Assembly (NCBI GenBank): GCA_963823335.1
Contig: CAWGLD010000004.1
Coordinates: 128,001 to 192,000 of the forward strand
Length of the DNA: 64,000 nt
Reading direction: 5' to 3'
DNA from: an uncultured delta proteobacterium
GTDB taxonomy: Bacteria; Desulfobacterota; Desulfobacteria; Desulfobacterales; B30-G6
Numbering within the stretch: position 1 is the stretch's first letter; each line of letters begins with the position of its first letter. The translations under genes were made by a program, and so were the position numbers. The notes under the pieces were generated by a model, which made no database searches, had not been told where the DNA came from, and worked only from the letters and a program-made list of their open reading frames with translations. Of the stretch, positions 1 through 9,902 are shown piece by piece.

Positions 1-1
1 G

Positions 2-1219
2 ATAAGCCTGATTCCGCAGCTACAGGCAAAAGGCATCCATCACATGCTTCTGATAACCTCAGGATTCTCCGAAACCGACAACGCCGGAAAAAAACGCGAA
101 AAAGAACTGGTCGCATCGGCGCGGCAGGCCGGAATCCAGATACTGGGTCCCAACACCATGGGTATCTGCAATCCCCACGTGGCTCTCAACTGCACCAGCC
201 TGCCCGTACAACCGAGACCGGGATCCACCGCTCTTGTATCCCAATCCGGGAACATGGGCACCCAGTTCCTGGCCTTTGCAGAACATCAGGGCATCGGTAT
301 CCGTGGTTTTTGTGGGTCCGGCAATGAAGCCATGACCACCATCGAAGACTTTCTGGAAGTTTTTGAAGCGGATGAGCTCACAAAAACCGTCATGCTCTAT
401 ATCGAAAGTGTCAAAAATGGCCGTCGCTTTTACGAGACCGCCAGGCGTCTGGGGAAAATAAAACCGATTATTCTGATGAAAGGCGGACAAACTCAAGCCG
501 GCATCAAGGCGGCAGCCAGCCATACCGGAGCGTTGAGTACCGATGCCAGAATTTTCAATTCGGTTTGCAGGCAGGCAGGCATTGTCAAGGTGGAACAGTC
601 CATGGATCTGCTCGATCTGGCTGCGGCCTTCTCTTCCCTGCCGCTGCCCAAAGGCAATCGTGCCGGTATCATGACCCTTGGGGGCGGCTGGGGTGTGGTC
701 ACCGCCGATCTGTGTAACGAATACCATATAGACGTTCCAGACCTGTCCCCCGGTCTGATCGAGCAGATCGACAAGTGGCTGCCCCCTTTCTGGAGCCGAT
801 CAAACCCCATCGATCTCGTTGGAGAACACAACGACACCCTGCCGCTGACAATTATCGAAGAACTCTTAAAATGGGACGGCTGTGATGCCGTTATCAATCT
901 CGGTATCATGGGTCGCAAACATCTGGCCGGACTCTATGTCGATGCTGTCAAGCGTTCTGACCCCATGTACGAGCCCTCATTTTTAGACAGCATTAAAGAA
1001 ACACTAGCGGCATTTGAAAAAAGATATGTCGAAGAAATCGCCAGACTCATGGAGATCTACCAGAAACCCGTTATCGGCGTCTCCCTCTTGACAGATGCCC
1101 TGGATCGTACCACGTATTTGGTTGAAAACTGCCCATACAAAGGTGTTTTCTACACAACCCCGGAGCGCGCCGTTAAAACGCTGGCTAAAATGGTGCAATA
1201 CAGTAAGTATAAAACGTAG
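2..1219 (+). CDS. Acyl-CoA/acetate-CoA ligase (ADP-forming) alpha-type subunit, 5'-truncated by window edge
   Basis: Motifs ILGPNTMG, SQSG and KGGQT..G..AAASHTGAL (phospho-His), plus GGGWGV and NPIDL; frame stays open back to base 2. Confidence 0.9.
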   Translation: MSLIPQLQAKGIHHMLLITSGFSETDNAGKKREKELVASARQAGIQILGPNTMGICNPHVALNCTSLPVQPRPGSTALVSQSGNMGTQFLAFAEHQGIGIRGFCGSGNEAMTTIEDFLEVFEADELTKTVMLYIESVKNGRRFYETARRLGKIKPIILMKGGQTQAGIKAAASHTGALSTDARIFNSVCRQAGIVKVEQSMDLLDLAAAFSSLPLPKGNRAGIMTLGGGWGVVTADLCNEYHIDVPDLSPGLIEQIDKWLPPFWSRSNPIDLVGEHNDTLPLTIIEELLKWDGCDAVINLGIMGRKHLAGLYVDAVKRSDPMYEPSFLDSIKETLAAFEKRYVEEIARLMEIYQKPVIGVSLLTDALDRTTYLVENCPYKGVFYTTPERAVKTLAKMVQYSKYKT

Positions 1220-1395
1220 GGTCCGAGGGTTCAAGGGTGATACAAGGGTTCGAGGGTAGCTGACGGCTATCGGCGGAGAGCAGCATCCCAGCCTCCGGGC
1301 GTTCCAGCATGCAAAGATGCAAGGACAAGCTATAAACCAGCGGCTATAGACTGTTAGCCGCCTACAGCCTAACAGTCTATCAGTCTAACAGCCTC
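1218..1395. repeat. 8-bp periodic repeat tracts (AGGGTTCR-like and CAGYCTAA-like)
   Basis: agggtccgagggttcaagggt...agggttcgagggt and cagcctaacagtctatcagtctaacagcct seen directly. Confidence 0.7.
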
Positions 1396-1471
1396 CCGTT
1401 AGGCAAAGCCTGTGGGATTAAATAGAGCGGCAAGACCGCGCTTCATAAAATTGCGGAGTGATTTTATTATT

Positions 1472-1639
1472 ATGTACAATAAATATCTCAAAACATTCGA
1501 CTTCGAAGTCGGTCATCTCATTAAAAGTCCCTGCAAGAACTGCAGGCATTATTATATCTTCCCTCGATGCATCGCTGAATGCACACTTCTGGATAAAATA
1601 CAGGATGTGTTGTCGACGGTGGTATCCAGTACACGATAA
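1472..1639 (+). CDS. Small Cys-containing hypothetical protein (FDFEVGHLIKSPCxxC)
   Basis: 55-aa ORF with CxxC...CxxxC and a GGAG upstream; resembles small conserved Desulfobacterales proteins (recollection, not searched). Confidence 0.6.
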   Translation: MYNKYLKTFDFEVGHLIKSPCKNCRHYYIFPRCIAECTLLDKIQDVLSTVVSSTR

Positions 1640-1643
1640 ACAG

Positions 1644-1980
1644 GTTTAAAAATGATGAACGTCGAACATCGAACGCTCAACATCGAATTTTGAATGGAGA
1701 GATGAAAAAACAGATGCGGGACTCGGGTTTAACTATTTCTTTTTATTCGACGTTGGACGTTGGATGTTCGATGTTGGACGTTCATCTTTAAGATCTTTTT
1801 AAACCCAAATCGGATACCTGCAAGAAAGCTTTATTCAATTGGCATAAATGATACTCCGATAGAAGTTTAAAAATGATGAACGTCGAACATCGAACGCTCA
1901 ACATCGAATTTTGAATGGAAAGATGAAAAAACAGATGCGGGACTCGGGTTTAACTATTTCTTTTTATTCGACGTTCATCT
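1644..1980. repeat. 221-bp unit with inverted heptamer arrays (TCGAACR)n, followed by a partial tandem copy
   Basis: gtttaaaaatgatgaacgtcgaacatcgaacgctcaacatcg starts at 1644 and again at 1865; inverse array ttcgacgttggacgttggatgttcgatg at ~1746-1785. Confidence 0.9.
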
Positions 1981-2061
1981 CAAGAAAACTTACTACAGCA
2001 AAAATCCTGGCTACTGCTCAGAGCTTACCCTCCGAACCTCCAACCCTACAAACCCCCGACC

Positions 2062-3444
2062 CTATCTCTTCCCCAATTTCGCCACCGTTTCAATATGATA
2101 TGTATGCGGAAACATATCCACCGGTTGTACTTCCAGCAAGTCATAGGATTCCCCTAAAAGGCCGACATCCCTTGCCAGCGAGGCCGGATTGCAGGAAACA
2201 TAGACAATCCTGGCCGGTGCCAGCCTGAGAACCTGTTGGATTACGTCCTTGTGCATACCGGCCCTGGGGGGGTCGATCACCACTACCTGTGGTTTTTCAG
2301 CGAGCTGGGGAAGTTTATCCTTGATGTCTCCCTGGACAAACCGACAATTGGATACATGGTTGATCCGACAATTTCTTTCGGCATCCCTCACTGCAGATTC
2401 GACCTGTTCAATACCGACAATCTGTTTTGCCGAATCCGCCAGATAAATGGCAATCGTGCCGGTGCCACTGTATAAATCAAGAACCGTTTCATGCCCCTGC
2501 AGTTCCGCATACTGCCTGGTCTTTTCATAGAGAGTTTGTGCACCCACGCTGTTTGTTTGAAAGAAGGAGTTCGCAGAGATAATATATTCGAAAGACCCGA
2601 TCCTTTCTTTGAAAAAAGGATCACCAGCCAGCAGGACTTCCGACTCTCCGATGGCCACGCTCGATTTCCGGCCGGTAATATTATTGATAACCGAGACGAC
2701 ATCGGAATATCGTTCCATCAGTTGGTGTGCCAGGGGTTTCAATACCCTGGTATTCTCGTAACTGGTGACGATGTTGACCATCCAGTGGCCATAGAAGGCT
2801 GAATTTCTGAGCATGACAAAACGCCAGAACCCCTCATGGCTTCTCAGTCCGTATGGCGGCAGTTCAGAACGCCTGATGGCCTGTCTGATAAATGCCAGAA
2901 TATCGTTCCCCAGGTTTGGATGCAGCAGACAGACTTCTGTATCGATCACTTTGTTAAACGTCCCCGGAACATGGAGCCCCAGAGCAAAGGTTCGATCCAG
3001 ATCATCTCTATCCATCTCGTTCGGCAGTACCCATCGCCTGTCCGAACACGAAAATTCCATTTTATTTCTGTACCCCAGCACTTGCTTAGATGGGATTGTC
3101 TTATGGACCAAAACCGTCTCGATCCGGCCTATGTGCGCCAGCGCTTCTGCCACATGCTGCCGTTTGTAGACAAGTTGTTTTTCATAATCCAGGAATTGCC
3201 ATTTGCAGCCACCGCAGTGACCACTGTAAGGACAGGCAGGATCGACTCTGTCCGGAGAAGGTGTCAACAGATCGATGATCCTTGCTTCAGCATAATTCTT
3301 CTTTTTACGGGTAATCTGGGCCAGAACCACATCACCGGGCACTGCCTTTTCCACAAACACGGCAAACCCATCCGGTTTTGCGAGTCCCCTTCCACCAAAC
3401 GCGATGTGGGATATTTCCAGGGTAATTTGCTGGCCTTTTTTCAT
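2062..3444 (-). CDS. rlmD: 23S rRNA (uracil-1939-C5)-methyltransferase
   Basis: TRAM domain, C-x5-CGGC Fe-S motif, SFFQTN, DLYSGTG, DPPRAG, YVSCNP, DMFPHTYHIE. Confidence 0.95.
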   Translation of the reverse strand: MKKGQQITLEISHIAFGGRGLAKPDGFAVFVEKAVPGDVVLAQITRKKKNYAEARIIDLLTPSPDRVDPACPYSGHCGGCKWQFLDYEKQLVYKRQHVAEALAHIGRIETVLVHKTIPSKQVLGYRNKMEFSCSDRRWVLPNEMDRDDLDRTFALGLHVPGTFNKVIDTEVCLLHPNLGNDILAFIRQAIRRSELPPYGLRSHEGFWRFVMLRNSAFYGHWMVNIVTSYENTRVLKPLAHQLMERYSDVVSVINNITGRKSSVAIGESEVLLAGDPFFKERIGSFEYIISANSFFQTNSVGAQTLYEKTRQYAELQGHETVLDLYSGTGTIAIYLADSAKQIVGIEQVESAVRDAERNCRINHVSNCRFVQGDIKDKLPQLAEKPQVVVIDPPRAGMHKDVIQQVLRLAPARIVYVSCNPASLARDVGLLGESYDLLEVQPVDMFPHTYHIETVAKLGKR

Positions 3445-3660
3445 AATTTTTTTCCAAATTTTTTTTTGGCGCGGCTTCGCTGCTTTAAGCCTTGCGCTAA
3501 AGCAAAAATTTCGTAATACCCTGCTTGTCCTGACGGAGCGCAATAAAAGTCCCGTTCAAGATCAAAGATCCCGATTTATGGGGCATTGCAGGGCATTACG
3601 AAAAGTTAGTCTTCTCAATATAAGCGACAAGGTCGCGTCAGATAAAATTGTGACACAAAT

Positions 3661-4224
3661 TTATTTATTGAGCAATTTGCTGACGGCCTGGCCTCGCCAC
3701 TTTCCTCTTCCCGAAGGTGTAGGAATATTATCCATATCCAGTTGGCGGGCGATTTTGTCATAGCTGAAGCCCTGTGCTCGCATATCCCTTATCATGTCTA
3801 ACGGTGTCGTTTCTACCAGGGCCGGGTCCTCATCCATGTTTTCCAAAACCGCAATGTTGGTTTGTCTTTCTGCCGTTTCATCCAGCAGGTCGGCAGGGTC
3901 GCTTTCTTCGCTTCCGGTTCCAGTCAGTTTTTTTAAATACAGGGCGATGGCTTCCATGGCTTTGGCCTTGCGCTTTTCGATTTCCAGAAAGTCTTTTTTG
4001 TCCGCAACCATCGTTTCAAGCAACGTCTTTACCGGTGGCAACAGTTTTGCTATGGTTACATACGCATTTTCCGCTATGTTGCCTTTGGTGTAATTGCCCC
4101 GTTTTCTTTTGTCCATACTGTTGTGCCTGTCACCGGGCCGATAAGGCATGTTGTCATTCCCTTTTCTGGTACGATCATAGCGCTTGTCTTTCCCGGTCCG
4201 AAGACTGTGGAGAAAGTCGTTCAT
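3661..4224 (-). CDS. Hypothetical protein with C-terminal recombinase-like HTH
   Basis: C-terminus G.SYDKIARQL...IPT.SGRGKW....V resembles the recombinase/HTH motif; no catalytic domain seen. Confidence 0.7.
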   Translation of the reverse strand: MNDFLHSLRTGKDKRYDRTRKGNDNMPYRPGDRHNSMDKRKRGNYTKGNIAENAYVTIAKLLPPVKTLLETMVADKKDFLEIEKRKAKAMEAIALYLKKLTGTGSEESDPADLLDETAERQTNIAVLENMDEDPALVETTPLDMIRDMRAQGFSYDKIARQLDMDNIPTPSGRGKWRGQAVSKLLNK

Positions 4225-4811
4225 AAAATACCCCCATTTTTTGGTTCAAATACTTGGATAAAGACTCCAGTCAAATATCCCGACTTGCGGGAATTAGAAA
4301 CAATTACCACATGCGGATTGAATCACAATACTTTCATTTCGAAACAAGAACAGCACAAAACCGGCAACGTCTAACCTAAGTTGAGCGATTGTCAAAGCCT
4401 GCCCCGTCGAAGTACGGGGTTGCCGTAGCTACAAGGAAGATGCCGTTCCGCTAAAGTGAACGATGCGGTATGGTATCTGACGGCGTAAATAGCGGTAAGA
4501 TCGGCAATCCCTACGGGTTTCAAATTTTAAGAATTGAAATAAATCAAATCCTTTGAAATTATGTCTAACTCCCATCTTCTAAAAATTTGAACAGCTCATC
4601 TTAGGTCTAAGTAGAATCTCTATTGATGTGATCTGAATTGAAGACCTTCACAATAAACAGCAGAAGTTCTTCGACCGTAGGGAAGGATACCATTGTTGAC
4701 GCAGACCATCACATAGCGGAAACGCTTTGTCAACCAAAAATAAAATCGTTTCACGATTTTATATGACGCGACTGTCGTCGCTCTTAAACACACGTACAAT
4801 AGCAAAATGAA

Positions 4812-5427
4812 CTAGGGATTTCCATTTATCGCGTCTTGTTTATTGGTGGCTGTCTGAACCGAAACAGCGAGTGCATTCCCCGTAACTTTCTGCGGGGAAT
4901 GTGCGATCTCTTCAAACCAGCGTTTATGATAGGAGACCGCATAGTCAGCAGGGACTTTTTCCCGTAAACATGGAAAGAAAAGCGGGCCTTTGCCCCTTGG
5001 CAATGCCTGCCATGTAAATGTGGACCAAGAGGCCGGCAAATACGACGCTCCCGCCCGTATTATAAATCCGGGATAACCGCCTTCATGCAAACCGCTGCAT
5101 CATCCTGGTTCCTGCCGTCATGCTGAGAATCTTTTTTAACAACCACTCGATATCGACCATAGCTGAAAAGGTCAGCATTTCTTTGATAAAAGGCAGGGTA
5201 GTACGTTTTAAGGGATAATCCTGAACAAACAATTGCCTTCCAAGCATGACCAGCAAACCAAGCCCGGTCATGCCGACAAGGGCCTTGAGCAGTGGTCCCA
5301 CTCCATTTCGCCACAATTGAATGGGCATTGGCGCTTCCGTCTTAACCGTCCAGTCCATCGGCCCTGTCTGGTGGATATAGTACAGTACCGGGTCCATGTC
5401 CGTCTCTTGATTGATCACACGAAGCAT
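4812..5427 (-). pseudogene. Decayed formate dehydrogenase beta C-terminus / gamma (cytochrome b) subunit remnant
   Basis: Past the TGA at 5083-5085 the frame reads LLVHIYMAGIAKGQRPAFLSMFTGK, then a frameshift gives VPADYAVSYHKRW, matching the FdnI C-terminal pattern; upstream LW..GV.PLLK plus a TM segment resembles the FdnH anchor. Confidence 0.6.
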
Positions 5428-5487
5428 TTTTTAGGCTTTCAACAGTTTTGCCACACGACTGAGGGGGTCATTCAGGTTTCCGAATGT

Positions 5488-6489
5488 TTAGGATGCTTTC
5501 TCCCCTTCCTCCACTGCTGCATCTTCTTTTCCGGGCAATACCATCTCGTCAAAAGCATTAATCACCTGGTCCGCCTGCCATTTTGGAACAAGAAACGGAT
5601 CGTCGTTCTGTGAAGAGATGGCCGGAAATTCAGAGGCGTCTTTTTCGAGTGACTCGAATATTTGCAAGGTATATTCTTGGGCGCCTTTGAACGTGATCGT
5701 GGCGATGGGATCCGTGAAATCGGCTTTTTGCCTGTCGTAGACAAACGCACGACACTTCAACGAGGAAAAGTCGTCAATCAGTTTGGTAATCTTGTTCTCT
5801 TTTACAATTTCACCGGCAGCATTCCTCCAAACGGAATTGGCGGATTTCATCTCCGGTACGTCACCATCGGCCGGTGTTTCGCTGGCGACCGGCAAAGGTG
5901 GGGTCTTGGAAAAAATAGCCCGCACATCCATTTTCGATACCTGAACCTGTTCGATCTGACCTGTCTCAAAAGACATGACGGTTTTATCCCTGAACATGTC
6001 TGCATTCCCTTGTATCCTGTTTCGAAAACCCTCTTGGGCTTGATATACCCGATGATCACCGACCAGCTTTACAAAGGTGTGGCGGTGGCTCGAAGCAGCT
6101 TTACCCACGTCAAATTCCCGTACCAGTTTATCTCCTTCCCATGCCTTGACTGTGATCGCATGCTCCGGGTCCAGGTCATAGCGCCCATAATTTTTTGATT
6201 CGGATATCAAGGTCGTCAAGGTCAGGTTCGCAACCATATCGGTTACCCGTTTGATATTGGTTTCGTCACCAGGATAGGCCTCTTCATCGATCGTCCATCC
6301 CCCTGCTTTTCTGATAAAAACGATAGAACCTTCCGAAGAATCCAAGGTCAGTTTTGATATCTTTGAAGGCAAAATTGGTTTTAGATCCGGCAGTTCATAA
6401 AGACTGCGATCACTCTTGTTGAAAATCAGATACAGTGACAATACAGCAATAACGATACCGAGAATGATGGCTTCTTTTCGCATTTTCAT
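5488..6489 (-). CDS. DUF4340 domain-containing protein
   Basis: N-terminal TM, Y..Y.L and FRDK motifs; typical position after gldG-like gene. Confidence 0.8.
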   Translation of the reverse strand: MKMRKEAIILGIVIAVLSLYLIFNKSDRSLYELPDLKPILPSKISKLTLDSSEGSIVFIRKAGGWTIDEEAYPGDETNIKRVTDMVANLTLTTLISESKNYGRYDLDPEHAITVKAWEGDKLVREFDVGKAASSHRHTFVKLVGDHRVYQAQEGFRNRIQGNADMFRDKTVMSFETGQIEQVQVSKMDVRAIFSKTPPLPVASETPADGDVPEMKSANSVWRNAAGEIVKENKITKLIDDFSSLKCRAFVYDRQKADFTDPIATITFKGAQEYTLQIFESLEKDASEFPAISSQNDDPFLVPKWQADQVINAFDEMVLPGKEDAAVEEGEKAS

Positions 6490-6534
6490 TTCTAGATCTT
6501 CTCCACAGCGGTAATATTTTTTTAAATAAGGTTC

Positions 6535-6552
6535 TTCTCCCAATTGGGAGAA
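6535..6552. other. Perfect 18-bp palindrome TTCTCCCAATTGGGAGAA
   Basis: Seen directly; a near copy lies at 14813-14830. Confidence 0.7.
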
Positions 6553-6608
6553 AGAGGATATTTTAAAAGATGAACGTCCAACTTCCAACATCGAACGTCC
6601 GGTGATGA

Positions 6609-6738
6609 GTCAACTACCACCCGTGAAACGGGTGGTTTGTTTTTGCCCCAAAATGGGGGAAAACAAAGGAGACGGCACGTCTCCGTAAGTTCAGGTTCGG
6701 AACCGCGTGCCAAGCACGCGGTTTGTAGAACAATCAAA
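6609..6738 (-). mobile_element. Non-autonomous IS200/IS605-type palindromic element, family 1, copy 1
   Basis: Near-identical to 57028-57158; GTCAACTACC end, four hairpins, no ORF. Confidence 0.75.
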
Positions 6739-6784
6739 AAAAATACTAACCCCCAGGTCTCACGCCTGTTTCTTCACCTTTTTC

Positions 6785-6886
6785 ATTCAAAATTCGATGT
6801 TGGACGTTCGATGTTCGACGTTCATTTTTTTTACTATTCGAGGTTCGATGTTCATTCCCCGGACCCCTGGAACCCTCGAACCCCTA
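6785..6886. repeat. Heptamer and octamer periodic arrays
   Basis: attcgatgttggacgttcgatgttcgacgttc and ccccggacccctggaaccctcgaacccct; the inverse partner array is at 6568-6600. Confidence 0.8.
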
Positions 6887-9091
6887 TTTACTGAACTTAT
6901 CCTGAATGGTCTTTTTCCGACGTGTCCGTCTGGCCCAGACCGCCAACCCGAAAAACACAACCACAACCGGTAGACCGACAATATTGAATGCTTTGACGGC
7001 TGTTTTGGTGAAAGCACCTGTTTCGTCCAGCGGTGTAAAGCGCTGCTGTTTGCTCCGCAAGCGGGCCACATCTTCCTGCTGGTTCAGGTAATCCAAAATG
7101 TTCATCACGAAGATATCGTTGACACCCCGGCCCTCCCTGTCCAGGAGATTGTCTTTGATCATGTCGCTGGACGCCAGGATGAATATCTTTCCGGGCTTGC
7201 CCTTTTCGATGATTTCACCCTCTCTTTGGATCATTTCCGTGGTATCCGCCGCTTTTTGCGGTTCTGTCCCGGTGAGGTCTTCATCTTTTCCCGACGGGTT
7301 GGCCGGTTCTTCCTGCTGGGGTCTTTCAGGCGCCGGCCTTCCCGCAAAATAGCTGGGAAATTCTCCCTCAAGCATGTATGCCAGATCAAATTTTTTCCTC
7401 TCAATATCCGGATCCGGGAGTTTAATGAAGTTGGGATTGAGATTGATATCCTCTTTCATCTCCCAGGCACGCGCTGAAGATTGAAACAGCAGCGTGGCTT
7501 TCAGGTTATGGGTCCTGATCTTTTCCAAATCGATGCTGATGGGTGAAACTTTCAGCGCGATAAGCGCTTTGATATTCTGCATATAGCCAGGTTGATTGTT
7601 GATATTGGCATTCTTGATCAGCGGTGCAAAATAAATCGGCCTTTCACCACCGCCCATTTCGCGTGGCATCGGTTGCTTGAAACATTCCTCGTCATTGACA
7701 ATCGAGGGGTGCACTTCGATCCCGTAATGAAACAGGAGCTTTTCAAGACCTGATTGCATGGGAACGAAATCAGAATTCGCTCCCGGCATCTGGAAACCGG
7801 TGTTGGCCGAGGGAACCTCACGCAGGCTGTCCATAAAGATTGCCAGGCTTTTTCCTTTCATCAAAAACTGATCGATCTGGAAAAGGTCGTAATCTGAAAA
7901 TTTTTCCTTGGGTCCGGGTATAACCAGACAGTTGACAGTGTCCGGCAAGGAGCCTTCTTTTAATGCCACCTCTTTCAACGAATAATTCTGGCTCGCCAGC
8001 GAGTTAAAGTTTGCAGCCTGCTCCGCTGGCGGCCCGAATTGACTCGCCTGGGGTGGCGAAACAATGGCAAGACTGTCAAAATCCGTCAGAACACCCAGAT
8101 TCTGATTGATATCGATGAGCGATTCCATATTGGCAGCGATGACTTCTTCCATCTGTTCAAGCCCGGCCAGTTGGTACTGCGTTCCGAAAATGGGAACATT
8201 TATGACCTGCATCAGCGGGGAGGTGATCGTCTTTTTACCGTAGGCCATCACGAGACCGATGGCACCCTGGCCGGCAGGTATCTTTCCATTGTCAAGCTCC
8301 GGCCAACTCAGGCTCAATATCCGCAACTTCTCCAGATCATCATTGAGGTCGGGATCCAGAGTGGGATCCTTGTGCTCGAAGACCAGCTTATCATAGCTGT
8401 TGATATTGATCCGGCCAACCATCTCCTCCAATTGCTGGGGCAAATTTTTCAAGTCCTCGAGTTTCATGAGAGGAGCCACATCCATGAGGGACGAAGACAT
8501 GAAGAGGTCAACGTGGATTTTGTCCTCCAAGGCCAGCAGGGCGCTGACTTTGTTGTTGAGCTTCCGCATGGCCATGGTCAGCTTGTATTCGAGTCCATCC
8601 GTGGTGGTTATGGTTGGAATACGCTCAATCTGGTCGCCATGAATCATCGCCAGGCCCATATATGCCTTTTGAAAGGTGACTTCATCTTTTTCGATGGCCT
8701 GTATCTGAATCGGATGGATTCCAAGATTGGTAGCCAAAGCCTGGTTCTGGGTTGTTTCATTGTTTAAATCGCCCTGGTCCGGGCTGACATCATAAAAGCG
8801 ATAGTTGAAATTTTTATTGGCCGAAGCAGCGTACTCCGACAACAGATCCTGAAGGTAGCGCTCGGTACTGTTGTGGGGCGCCGGAAGGTTCCTGGAGAAA
8901 AACACATTGATGGTGAGCGGTTCCTTGAGCGTCGACACAACCGTTTTGCTGACATCTGAAATGGAATAGAGTTTTCCTGCAGTCAGGTCCATTCTTTTAA
9001 AAAAAGTCAATCCCGCCGTATTCAACAGCACCACAACAACAGCATAGGTGATAAATTTGTAATATTTTGACGACTTATGCACTGGTTTCAT
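6884..9091 (-). CDS. GldG-family ABC transporter auxiliary/substrate-binding protein
   Basis: R.DLT..KLYS.S..S...V..L.EP N-terminus, IDQFLM.G motif, C-terminal TM. Confidence 0.88.
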   Translation of the reverse strand: MKPVHKSSKYYKFITYAVVVVLLNTAGLTFFKRMDLTAGKLYSISDVSKTVVSTLKEPLTINVFFSRNLPAPHNSTERYLQDLLSEYAASANKNFNYRFYDVSPDQGDLNNETTQNQALATNLGIHPIQIQAIEKDEVTFQKAYMGLAMIHGDQIERIPTITTTDGLEYKLTMAMRKLNNKVSALLALEDKIHVDLFMSSSLMDVAPLMKLEDLKNLPQQLEEMVGRININSYDKLVFEHKDPTLDPDLNDDLEKLRILSLSWPELDNGKIPAGQGAIGLVMAYGKKTITSPLMQVINVPIFGTQYQLAGLEQMEEVIAANMESLIDINQNLGVLTDFDSLAIVSPPQASQFGPPAEQAANFNSLASQNYSLKEVALKEGSLPDTVNCLVIPGPKEKFSDYDLFQIDQFLMKGKSLAIFMDSLREVPSANTGFQMPGANSDFVPMQSGLEKLLFHYGIEVHPSIVNDEECFKQPMPREMGGGERPIYFAPLIKNANINNQPGYMQNIKALIALKVSPISIDLEKIRTHNLKATLLFQSSARAWEMKEDINLNPNFIKLPDPDIERKKFDLAYMLEGEFPSYFAGRPAPERPQQEEPANPSGKDEDLTGTEPQKAADTTEMIQREGEIIEKGKPGKIFILASSDMIKDNLLDREGRGVNDIFVMNILDYLNQQEDVARLRSKQQRFTPLDETGAFTKTAVKAFNIVGLPVVVVFFGLAVWARRTRRKKTIQDKFSK

Positions 9092-9196
9092 ACATATCTC
9101 CTAGGAATAAATTCGTTTTACGAATTTATCTGTTTCTTCATCTTTTTAACCATTCGACAACAGAAATTGGGCCAAAAGACATTTTTTAGATGACTT

Positions 9197-9901
9197 CTAA
9201 CACCTTTCTTCAATAGATAGATGCGTCCCATAAAGTCCTATAAAAATTACACTCACGAAATAAAACAGATCTCTTGTGTCGATAATACCCTTTGAAATAT
9301 TGGCAAAGTGCGTATCGGCAGCCAGATAACCAAAGAAGCCCAAGAGTGCTTCAGGCATAAAAAACAGCATCTTGCTCAACATTGTCAGACCGAAGCAGAT
9401 GGCCAGGCCGATAATGAAAGCAATGATCTGATTGCGTGTCAGGGATGATGCAAACAACCCCACGCTGCAATAAGATCCTGCCAGAAAAAATGCCCCTATA
9501 TACCCGCCGAAAACTGGCCCCCAATCCAGCTCTCCCATAAAGGAAATGCTCAAGGGGTATGAAATTGTCGGCAGAAGCATCATGGCCATGAATATCGTTC
9601 CTGCCAGAAATTTGCCGAGCACGACCTGGCGAATGGTTACCGGCATGGTCAGCAAGAGCTCATATGATCCTACATTGAGCTCTTCCGAAAACAGCCTCAT
9701 GGTGACCGCCGGCGCCACAAAGGAAAAAATGATCGGCATCATGGTAAAAAAATTGCGCATGCTGGCCAGATCAAAAAGGAAAAAAGTCGAAAAGAAAAAC
9801 CATCCCGTGACCACGAGAAAAATAGAAATAACGATATAGGCGATGGGGGATAGAAAATATGCATAGAATTCTTTTTTGAATATTTGCACGACCTGCTTCA
9901 T
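9197..9901 (-). CDS. ABC-2 permease (GldF-like)
   Basis: YF.SPIAY, TMRLFSEE...GSYELLLTMP, S.TRNQI.A. Confidence 0.9.
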   Translation of the reverse strand: MKQVVQIFKKEFYAYFLSPIAYIVISIFLVVTGWFFFSTFFLFDLASMRNFFTMMPIIFSFVAPAVTMRLFSEELNVGSYELLLTMPVTIRQVVLGKFLAGTIFMAMMLLPTISYPLSISFMGELDWGPVFGGYIGAFFLAGSYCSVGLFASSLTRNQIIAFIIGLAICFGLTMLSKMLFFMPEALLGFFGYLAADTHFANISKGIIDTRDLFYFVSVIFIGLYGTHLSIEERC

Positions 9902-9902
9902 T

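Noticed and set aside
3661-4224. This protein as the recombinase for ICR
   Set aside because: Only a short C-terminal DNA-binding-like motif, no serine or tyrosine catalytic domain, and located in the backbone away from the array
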